Part shown: piece after piece, positions 9,611 through 17,194 of the stretch
Layout: every line of letters starts with the position of its first letter
How positions within the stretch are numbered: the stretch's first letter is position 1
The notes under the pieces: model-generated
The model's database searches: none
Seen by the model: only the letters and a program-made list of their open reading frames with translations
What the model was told of the DNA's origin: nothing
Virus record (IMG/VR): IMGVR_UViG_3300006793_000013
Strand: one strand, 5' to 3'
DNA: 64,000 nucleotides
Source of the DNA: a virus
Translations under genes and position numbers: made by a program

Positions 9611-9989
9611 GTTCAATATACCTCTTCAATTCTTTATCTTCTACATCTGATGGTATATCATTTTTATAAAATATTCTGTAACTATCATTACCGTATTTTC
9701 CTATACCATATAATTCAGTTGCATCTTCTCCGTTCCAGTTTTCAATCTGGACACTCATCTTATATATTCTTTTTGCTCTTACACGTTGCATACCTAACGG
9801 CTCTAATAATTCTTCTAGCATAGGAATAGTACAACTACGCAATAAACTATGTGCAGTAGGATACTTGTTAAACAATTTTGTAAGAACAGGCTTTGTTTGT
9901 CGCCTGTTTACTTGATTTAAACAAATAACACCAACCATATGTTGCCATACGTTTGATACTTGTTGTTGTACCATTAAATCTTCACGCAT
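9603..9989 (-). CDS. HhH DNA glycosylase, MBD4 catalytic-domain-like
   Basis: ELYGIGKYGNDSYRIF nearly matches the MBD4 HhH/Asp motif; VICLNQ, PLGM..RAKRI. Confidence 0.75.
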   Translation of the reverse strand: MREDLMVQQQVSNVWQHMVGVICLNQVNRRQTKPVLTKLFNKYPTAHSLLRSCTIPMLEELLEPLGMQRVRAKRIYKMSVQIENWNGEDATELYGIGKYGNDSYRIFYKNDIPSDVEDKELKRYIEHG

Positions 9990-10515
9990 AGTCAGCAACA
10001 TTTTCCCAAGGATAAACTAACCAAACATCTTCCTCGGCTTTATTAACTTCATGACATGTATAATCTACCTTATCAAAATCACTTGCTAGGTTTTCAGTAA
10101 GTGATGCAAAGCGAACATTTTCTTGCCAAATGTCTTGCCATGCTTCGCTATCAGGTAAACAACCTGCTTTCCAATCTTCCATAATCCAATTAAACGTAGC
10201 ACCAGTGTCATTGATGTCATCTATAATAAGAATATTTTTACGTGCTTTAGGATAACTTTTGCCGTCACCATAACCAAATGCATCTTCTGCCATCCAACAG
10301 TTGCTTTCGCTATCACGACTATCATCACGTAAACTTACTTTCAATGCTTCGCAACGTATGCCAGTCATGTTACTAATAATAGTAGCAGGAACATTCCCAC
10401 CTCTTGTTATTCCTACAATATAATCAGGCTTCCAGTTACTTTTGTACATCTGATTGACTATGCTTACACACATTTTTTCAACATCTTGCCAACTATAATA
10501 GTGCTTCTTAATCAT
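9982..10515 (-). CDS. type I phosphoribosyltransferase (Gpt-like)
   Basis: GITRGGNVPA, ILIIDDINDTGATF PRPP-binding loop, C-terminal WLVYPWE. Confidence 0.85.
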   Translation of the reverse strand: MIKKHYYSWQDVEKMCVSIVNQMYKSNWKPDYIVGITRGGNVPATIISNMTGIRCEALKVSLRDDSRDSESNCWMAEDAFGYGDGKSYPKARKNILIIDDINDTGATFNWIMEDWKAGCLPDSEAWQDIWQENVRFASLTENLASDFDKVDYTCHEVNKAEEDVWLVYPWENVADYA

Positions 10516-10937
10516 TATTTTAAGTATTCCTCGTTATGTATCCACTTACCATTCTTAACAAAACCCCATTGCTGTGCTTTCTTACCCATATAAAAAATGC
10601 TCCAACAAGGAATTTCATTCCCATCTTTATCTTTTGCAAGTTCTAACCAATGTAAATCTTTTGCTGTTCTAAAACGTATACTACCAGGACCACGCCAAAA
10701 CTTACCTTCTGGTGTATGTTCCCAATAGCCGCCTTTTAGAATTAATGCTCCCCAACTCCATGGGTGATCATGTAGTGTAGGTTCATCACTTACTAGTACT
10801 TTGTGTAGTGTAATATTAAAAGGAAAGTCTTTTCTGTCTTTTAAAAACAAATAGTATCTAACCAAATAAGGAATACTACCAGTCCTATCATAGATAGTAC
10901 GCTTTCTTCCAACCCATTCTAAAAACCTTGTTAACAT
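10515..10937 (-). CDS. cupin-fold protein
   Basis: LHDHPWSW...GGYWE...HWLEL metal-binding pattern. Confidence 0.55.
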   Translation of the reverse strand: MLTRFLEWVGRKRTIYDRTGSIPYLVRYYLFLKDRKDFPFNITLHKVLVSDEPTLHDHPWSWGALILKGGYWEHTPEGKFWRGPGSIRFRTAKDLHWLELAKDKDGNEIPCWSIFYMGKKAQQWGFVKNGKWIHNEEYLK

Positions 10938-11146
10938 TTGTGAATATAACCTCTCTTCACATTTTTAAAAGTTTCTGTTACTCTTTTGTTATACTCATCT
11001 TCGTCAACTGCAATACTGTTAAGTTTAGTTTCCCAAATCCTACGAGTATCTTCAGGCAACATTTTATTAGCAAGTACCTTTTTAATATTGCTAATTCTAT
11101 GCAGTTGTTTTGTTTCCGAATATGGTCCCATAAGTATACCTTTCAT
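10931..11146 (-). CDS. hypothetical protein
   Basis: 71 aa ORF in operon. Confidence 0.5.
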   Translation of the reverse strand: MKGILMGPYSETKQLHRISNIKKVLANKMLPEDTRRIWETKLNSIAVDEDEYNKRVTETFKNVKRGYIHKC

Positions 11147-11327
11147 GTGATGTATCTTTTCGACTATTCATTAGTCTTTGCACTGTCATGCCATGCTTTT
11201 CAGTCATGTCAATTAATCTAATACCTTTTAGATTATACATAAGTGCTTCTGCTGGAGTAAGCGCCATGCAGTCCTCAGGCTTCTTTGGCTCTGATACACT
11301 GTAAACTCTTTTCTTATGAATGTTCAT
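11097..11327 (-). CDS. hypothetical protein
   Basis: Likely start MNIHKK at 11327 behind GAGGAG. Confidence 0.45.
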   Translation of the reverse strand: MNIHKKRVYSVSEPKKPEDCMALTPAEALMYNLKGIRLIDMTEKHGMTVQRLMNSRKDTSHERYTYGTIFGNKTTA

Positions 11328-11539
11328 ACTATCTCCTCTATAATGCCTAGCACTTCTGCTAAGGCAAAGATTGCTCCGGCTGCTATAAAAAGCAAACCAA
11401 ATTGTTCTAACATATAGCCTCCGTAAATTAAACACCCACAGCCGACTATTCTAAATATACTCTTTACTAAACTTACAGCAAAATGATTATCACCTGGATC
11501 TCTATTTGCTGGAACTATTATTTTTTCTGGTATTGGCAT
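11324..11539 (-). CDS. small membrane protein
   Basis: Two hydrophobic segments; likely start MPIPEK at 11539. Confidence 0.55.
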   Translation of the reverse strand: MPIPEKIIVPANRDPGDNHFAVSLVKSIFRIVGCGCLIYGGYMLEQFGLLFIAAGAIFALAEVLGIIEEIV

Positions 11540-11547
11540 ACTACTCC

Positions 11548-12231
11548 TTAACAAGCAAACTGTTGTTGCAGTTTAACATTATCCATAAACTCTTTCTTAG
11601 TTGCAGGATCATTTTTAAATGCACCACGTAATACAGTTGTTTGTGTTAAACTGCTATGAGCTCTAATACCTCTGTTTTCGCAACAACCATGTGTTGCTTG
11701 TACATAGACACCTACATTTTCACTGCCTGTTTCTTTTTGTATTGCGTTTGCAATCATAACATTTAGTTCTTCTTGTAGTGTTCCACGCATAGCACACCAT
11801 TGTGCAATCCTTGTGTATTTGCTAAGACCAAGTAACTTAGGACCAGCAATAATACCAATGTATGCTACACCTTTAACAGTCTGATGATGATGTGAACACA
11901 AACTTGTAAGTTCACTACGTACAACTAGCATACCTTCATAACCATCTTCGATGTAGTTAGGAAAACTACTTGGGTTAGGCATTGGATTATAACGTCCACT
12001 CATAATTTCATTGATGTACATCTTTGCCATACGCCTTGCAGTATCTTGACTGTTAGGATCTGTTTTTGTATCAATCAACAAGTGCTGTAACACATTTTCA
12101 AAAGCAGGAACTGCTTCTTCGATAAGTTGTTGTTTATCGCCTTCTTGAAGCACTTCACTGATATTGTCATTCGCCCAATATCTAAGACCTGCTTCTTCTA
12201 AGCGTTTTTTAATTTCTTTTACTTTTTCCAT
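11548..12231 (-). CDS. folE: GTP cyclohydrolase I
   Basis: DTARRMAKMY, SLCSHH, GLSKYTRI, LQEEL, HGCCENRG. Confidence 0.95.
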   Translation of the reverse strand: MEKVKEIKKRLEEAGLRYWANDNISEVLQEGDKQQLIEEAVPAFENVLQHLLIDTKTDPNSQDTARRMAKMYINEIMSGRYNPMPNPSSFPNYIEDGYEGMLVVRSELTSLCSHHHQTVKGVAYIGIIAGPKLLGLSKYTRIAQWCAMRGTLQEELNVMIANAIQKETGSENVGVYVQATHGCCENRGIRAHSSLTQTTVLRGAFKNDPATKKEFMDNVKLQQQFAC

Positions 12232-12275
12232 TTATTTCTCCGATGTTTAGGCAGTGGATTGCCTTTTTAATAATA

Positions 12276-13316
12276 TTATTTTAGCACCTTTAGTAGATCA
12301 TTGCAACTGAAATATTTTTCATTCAGTGTTTCTACTTGTTTATTTAGGCTAGGAAGAAAACTTTTGTAATTTTCCATATAGTCAATTACACGTTCTTTCA
12401 CAGCCTCTCTATTGGAAATATAGGTTTTCCAATCTATTGTCCAATTACTAGGATATTTGAAAGGCAGCAAACCCATTTCAGTATAACTTAATCTGTCTGG
12501 TACCATAGGCAATGCTCCAACAAGAGCACCTTCATACCAACTAATACCTAGTGTTTCTTGCAAGTTAGCACTAAACACAAGTTTTGCTTCTCCTAGTAAG
12601 TTGTGATATTCGTTCTTTGATAGTTCACGTTCTTGACAAACTACCCATTCATATTGTGGAAGTTGATCAGCAAGATCACGGAATATTTCAACTTGCTTTT
12701 CAGGAGCAATCCTATGAGGGAATAAAATTAAGTCACGCTTTGGCATTCCTTTGTACATAGTTAATGTACTATCCATATAATGAAATGGCCAACCAGTTTG
12801 TACAACTTTAGATCTATCCAGTTCTGGAAATGATTGAAAGAACATATCTATATGAAACTCTGTTGCAAAATAATTATGATCATAACATTCAAACATACTA
12901 CGTTCTGCATTTCTAACCCAAGGCTTATCACCTATTAGTCTGCCTAAAAAATCTTGTGGATCATAACTACCAGCATGCCACATACCACCAATGCGAATGT
13001 TAATACCCAATAGTTCTGCCATGTAGCGTAATTGTACCACTGTAGGATTCCAGGCATCAGTGTACAGAAAATAATCGCCGTCCTTAACTTCTCCATTACA
13101 AAACGCCTCTGCAATTTGCTCTAGTTGTTTACTTTTATAAACATTAGTTCCGCCAAAGTTAAGAAACGCCCCAGGTGTTGTAGCCTGAGGCGTATCTCCT
13201 CCGTTAACTACATGAACGTCATGACCGTTGGCTTTTAGCAGTTTAGGAAATTCAGTTTTCCACTGCTTAGTGTAACGTGTTTCGACTGCTTCTAAGTCAA
13301 CAAGCCATATTTTCAT
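12276..13316 (-). CDS. GT-B fold (GT4-like) glycosyltransferase
   Basis: FPHRIAPEKQ and QETLGISWYEG match GT4-type R..PEK and ExFGxxxxE motifs. Confidence 0.7.
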   Translation of the reverse strand: MKIWLVDLEAVETRYTKQWKTEFPKLLKANGHDVHVVNGGDTPQATTPGAFLNFGGTNVYKSKQLEQIAEAFCNGEVKDGDYFLYTDAWNPTVVQLRYMAELLGINIRIGGMWHAGSYDPQDFLGRLIGDKPWVRNAERSMFECYDHNYFATEFHIDMFFQSFPELDRSKVVQTGWPFHYMDSTLTMYKGMPKRDLILFPHRIAPEKQVEIFRDLADQLPQYEWVVCQERELSKNEYHNLLGEAKLVFSANLQETLGISWYEGALVGALPMVPDRLSYTEMGLLPFKYPSNWTIDWKTYISNREAVKERVIDYMENYKSFLPSLNKQVETLNEKYFSCNDLLKVLK

Positions 13317-13517
13317 CTAGTTTCTCCGTTTGTTAAATTTGTTTCGAAACGCCCTCTTATGATTGTTGCGATTCTCGAAAGCCCTCCATGCGCGACTCTC
13401 TTTTTTATAGAGATCTTTTTCATTAAACTTAAAGCCGTTGTAACGACAAAAGTCTCTATACAAGTCAAGATCATTGAAGATCTTAACCACCTCAGGGCGG
13501 TCTTGCCAGTAACCCAT
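13317..13517 (-). CDS. hypothetical protein
   Basis: 66 aa with GGAG SD. Confidence 0.55.
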   Translation of the reverse strand: MGYWQDRPEVVKIFNDLDLYRDFCRYNGFKFNEKDLYKKESRAWRAFENRNNHKRAFRNKFNKRRN

Positions 13518-13529
13518 TTTAGGTCTCCT

Positions 13530-14018
13530 TTAATAACTAGCATACTCAATGTGGGCACCGTTCTCTCCATCTTCGGAGACATCGATGTGGACTTCACGTC
13601 CGGGATATTTGTTTGTAATTTGATGCCACAAATCATCTGACATCATTTCACAGGACTTATAGTCAAGTTCTAATGTTTTTTCTGCGTATAACTTCTCCAT
13701 CCAACGTTTAAACTGAATAAACTCAATATCTCTGTCATTGTGTGTTACAGCGATACCTACTTTAAAATGGAATATGTGTCTGTGTGGATAACCCAAAAAA
13801 CTTACATCATATTCATCACCTGTTGCAAGACTAGGATCATCTAGTGCCGCAGGATACTTGTGGATACCTTCTTTTGTAAAGGTTACCCAAATCATTCGCT
13901 TTGCGTTTTGCAATGCATTTTCTTTGCCTTGTTTCATATCTTCTTCTCTCATTCTACGCCCCATGTAGTCGTAATAACGTTCTTGTTTCATTATAGCACC
14001 CTTTAATTCTAGTGTCAA
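13530..14018 (-). CDS. dpdL: QueD-like T-fold protein, DpdL-like
   Basis: L-GYP-HRH-I-F fits LxxxHRHxF; DIEFIQFK parallels QueD DFxxxK; lacks QueD CxxxHGH Cys; start uncertain. Confidence 0.6.
   Translation of the reverse strand: MTLELKGAIMKQERYYDYMGRRMREEDMKQGKENALQNAKRMIWVTFTKEGIHKYPAALDDPSLATGDEYDVSFLGYPHRHIFHFKVGIAVTHNDRDIEFIQFKRWMEKLYAEKTLELDYKSCEMMSDDLWHQITNKYPGREVHIDVSEDGENGAHIEYASY
13990..14018 (-). promoter_or_regulatory. sigma70-type promoter
   Basis: TTGACA-17-TATAAT; the -10 box overlaps the ATG of MKQERY. Confidence 0.65.
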
Positions 14019-14539
14019 TCATTATCTACGATATCATCATTTTCATATTCACGCCAAGGTGTAAATTTTGAACGGTCCATTAGTTCGTGTATACTGTGTG
14101 TCCAAACACCTGGATTTGTTGCTTTAAAATCTTTGTCATCAATTTTAATTGTAGCATTGTACCCAAACTGTTCAATATAAGGAATAGGTACACGCAGTTG
14201 CGGAATAAAGTTGTCAAATTCAATTAAAGAACTTTCAAGCATATCTTCCGCATTTGCAATTGGAATGTCCAAAGTGCAACAAATGTCATCATCTAGGAAT
14301 GGTTCGATCATAGCCTCCCACTCACCGTAGTCTGAATCTTGACTTGGTTGAAAACTGTGGTTTGCACCAAAGAAGATATGTTCGCAATCGTTCTTTGAAT
14401 ACTGGCTGGCAATTTCATCAACGCTTTGAAGTCCTGTTACGAACAATGTTTTCCTACCATATGCAGGAGTATGTTCTACTTCAACACCAACAAAATATGT
14501 TGCGTCACTGCTTGTGCCTTGTTTGTATGACCTTTTCAT
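14015..14539 (-). CDS. hypothetical protein inside the deazaguanine locus
   Basis: 174 aa, acidic, HIFFGANHSF segment. Confidence 0.65.
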   Translation of the reverse strand: MKRSYKQGTSSDATYFVGVEVEHTPAYGRKTLFVTGLQSVDEIASQYSKNDCEHIFFGANHSFQPSQDSDYGEWEAMIEPFLDDDICCTLDIPIANAEDMLESSLIEFDNFIPQLRVPIPYIEQFGYNATIKIDDKDFKATNPGVWTHSIHELMDRSKFTPWREYENDDIVDND

Positions 14540-14548
14540 AATTACTTC

Positions 14549-14830
14549 CTATTGACTTTCGTTACCAAAGTAGTGCGTAAATGCACCTTTGACGTTATTA
14601 AAGATACCAACAATTTGTTCTTTATTATCTGCAAGTTGGTCTTTACCCTGTTGCCAACTATCTTTTTGATATGCTACAGTATCGTTATATTCTTGAATAA
14701 CAAACTGTGATACCTTGTTGTTTACCGCAAAGTCTTTTGCGCCTTCAACATTCTTGATAATTGGATTATCATTTGCCTGTGCTATTGTTGCAAACATAAT
14801 TGCTGCAACTATTGTTACTAGTTTCTTCAT
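14549..14830 (-). CDS. secreted/periplasmic protein
   Basis: Sec-type signal MKKLVTIVAAIMFATIAQA-N. Confidence 0.6.
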   Translation of the reverse strand: MKKLVTIVAAIMFATIAQANDNPIIKNVEGAKDFAVNNKVSQFVIQEYNDTVAYQKDSWQQGKDQLADNKEQIVGIFNNVKGAFTHYFGNESQ

Positions 14831-16375
14831 TTATGCCTCCGTTAGTTCACTTTCTAGTTTATCTAGTTCAGTGTCTTCTCTGTCGTCAGTCCATGGAGTT
14901 TCTTCTTTACCTTCATCATCAACTTCAACGAACAACGAATTCGAAATGTTTGTAACACCTCCACGTAGTCTTGCACCTTCTAAGTTTTTAAGGAAACTGT
15001 CTGCTTCTTTAATCATTGCAAACGCTGCCTCTTTAGTAGGTTGTTCGAACAGTTCTTCAATAAAACGATCGAAGTACAAAATGTTACGTGGTACCCATTC
15101 CGAATATTCATCACTCTTATCTGCGTCTTTAACTTTACGCCATAGTCTCCAATCTGGTCTTACTTTCTTAATTTCAATGTCAGTAAGTTGATTAGCACGT
15201 TGTACTGCTACAATGTGACAGTAAACATTATGTGCCATCATTAATGCATAACCAAAACTATCCCAACTAGTTTTACCTTCTTTACCAATCTTGTTCAACA
15301 TGCCAGGAGCATAATGACAAATGTCAGCAATAGATAAACGTCTACCAATTTCACTTTCGAATGGAAATGGAATATCATGTTGATTAGCAAGTGCTTTATT
15401 ATCTGGAGCCTTGTCCATAATCACTGACCAACGCTTTGCTGTGTGTTGTGCATTTGTATACACAAGACCGTGTGCAGTTGCAATAAACGGACTAGCACAG
15501 TCAAAACTTACTGTAAAGTTTTCGTTGATGTGTTTACGTACTTGTCTTTGAATACTAGTTAAGTAACATGACCAATCAAGTTGTGCAGTACCTAAGAAGT
15601 GCATCCAGTCCTTGCCTTCTAACATACCATCAAATTTCAAAGTCATTAACCTACGTAATGTAATAGGCATCTTGCACATATTAGCACCGCCCATTGCCCA
15701 ACCTTCACATGCTTTATCGCCCCAAACGTTTGGATCGGAGAACTCTTTAACACCTTCGTACCACTTCTCAGCAGTATCCCAGTCTGATCCTTGTAAAACG
15801 TTTAAGAACTTTGTAGCACCAAGTCTACGTTCTAACCAATACTTGTTATTGTAACGTGTCTTGTCTAAGCAATCTTCAAAACTTTTAAGTCCTGTTTTAG
15901 GAGCATGAATATGATCACAAGCCCAAGTCGGAACATCAAGTAGCATTGACCAATCTGCTGTAAGCTCTAGCCAATTAAGAATATCATCACGTGTTTTGTT
16001 TGCGGCAGCACCTTCAAAGTTTAACCAATCAAATTTAAGAACACCTTTACCAACCTGATAACCACCCGAGTCACCTAGTATCATAGTGTTATTTCTATCA
16101 CGTTCTTGGACCATGGCATCTTGTGTCATAGTCTTTTCTAAGTTTAATTGTGCGTGACCTGCGGAATACAACCCATATTTGTATGTGTAGTATCCTGCGT
16201 CTGCATTAAGGAAGTTCATACCTTCTATTCCACGATCAAATCCTTTAGGAATACGATCGTTCGGAACAAACTCTCCTTGCCTCTGTTTAGCAATATATGT
16301 GCTAAAGAAAGAACTAATCGCTGGTAGATACACAGCATAGTCCTTTTGTAATGGTGTTAAGTTGACTGGTTTCAT
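14831..16375 (-). CDS. dpdA: TGT-fold 7-deazaguanine DNA transglycosylase (DpdA-like)
   Basis: GDSGGYQ, MLLDVP, VLQG, GWAMGG, HFLG, SFDCASP align with TGT catalytic motifs; no Zn-binding CxCxxC. Confidence 0.75.
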   Translation of the reverse strand: MKPVNLTPLQKDYAVYLPAISSFFSTYIAKQRQGEFVPNDRIPKGFDRGIEGMNFLNADAGYYTYKYGLYSAGHAQLNLEKTMTQDAMVQERDRNNTMILGDSGGYQVGKGVLKFDWLNFEGAAANKTRDDILNWLELTADWSMLLDVPTWACDHIHAPKTGLKSFEDCLDKTRYNNKYWLERRLGATKFLNVLQGSDWDTAEKWYEGVKEFSDPNVWGDKACEGWAMGGANMCKMPITLRRLMTLKFDGMLEGKDWMHFLGTAQLDWSCYLTSIQRQVRKHINENFTVSFDCASPFIATAHGLVYTNAQHTAKRWSVIMDKAPDNKALANQHDIPFPFESEIGRRLSIADICHYAPGMLNKIGKEGKTSWDSFGYALMMAHNVYCHIVAVQRANQLTDIEIKKVRPDWRLWRKVKDADKSDEYSEWVPRNILYFDRFIEELFEQPTKEAAFAMIKEADSFLKNLEGARLRGGVTNISNSLFVEVDDEGKEETPWTDDREDTELDKLESELTEA

Positions 16376-16383
16376 AATATTAT

Positions 16384-17121
16384 TTAGGCCGCCTGTGCTG
16401 GAATGATATATTTGTATGAAGCAAGTCCGCTGTCTAATTCAATTTGAATAGCACCTTCATTACTCAAGCTCATCTTAGTGTTGTTAACATCTGCAATTTT
16501 TAAGATTGCAAGTACACTTGCTACAGGCCATGTCCAGCCTCTGTCTAATGTTCCTTCAACATCTTGTGCAAATACAAACTCACCACCATGTGATGATGCA
16601 TCACCAAAGATAAACTTTAAGTTAGTACCGTCAGTCTTTGCTAAGAATGTAGGATGTTCGCTGTTAGCGCCTGCTTGGAAATTAAAACGCTGTACTGCTG
16701 GAAGTGAAGGACTTACTTCTACGTCCCAGTTAACACCTCTAAACTTAACAGTTTTCATCTTTTCGTTGATGTGTTCTGTAAGCATAAACTGATAAGTGTT
16801 TTTAAAGTCTGCGTCTTTGTTTACAAATTCTAATCCTGTAGGAATAGTTGCACCATTGCGTTCACCTGACTTTACAGTAATTACAGCATCTTTTTGATAC
16901 TCACTACCGTCAAGTAAATATTTTAGTTTTTGCAACTGCGGCATACCAAATACGCCAATCATATCCGGATAAGGATTATGTGTAGTTGCTTCCATTATAA
17001 CTGATCTGTCATCAGCCATTGAAAACATAGTAGTTGAACCTTCTTCGCCTGTAATCTTTACAGTTGTAAGAAAGCCCAAGTTTTGTGTATGTTCCACAAT
17101 ATCTTTTAGAATGTCTTTCAT
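16384..17121 (-). CDS. DNA polymerase sliding clamp (gp45-like)
   Basis: 245 aa directly downstream of the polymerase; clamp-like size; C-terminal YKYIIPA strand. Confidence 0.55.
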   Translation of the reverse strand: MKDILKDIVEHTQNLGFLTTVKITGEEGSTTMFSMADDRSVIMEATTHNPYPDMIGVFGMPQLQKLKYLLDGSEYQKDAVITVKSGERNGATIPTGLEFVNKDADFKNTYQFMLTEHINEKMKTVKFRGVNWDVEVSPSLPAVQRFNFQAGANSEHPTFLAKTDGTNLKFIFGDASSHGGEFVFAQDVEGTLDRGWTWPVASVLAILKIADVNNTKMSLSNEGAIQIELDSGLASYKYIIPAQAA

Positions 17122-17148
17122 TATAGAGTTCTCCGTTTGTTAATATAC

Positions 17149-17177
17149 ATTATATTTAGGTTTTTGTTTAATTGCAA
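17149..17177 (-). promoter_or_regulatory. sigma70-type promoter for clamp-dpdA operon
   Basis: TTGCAA-17-TATAAT then GGAG SD. Confidence 0.6.
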
Positions 17178-17194
17178 GAATTTTTTTAACCAAT

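Noticed and set aside
7547-16375. Ordinary queuosine tRNA-modification operon
   Set aside because: No queC, queF or queA; the TGT-fold protein lacks the Zn motif and follows the clamp gene, favouring DNA modification, though tRNA targets are not excluded
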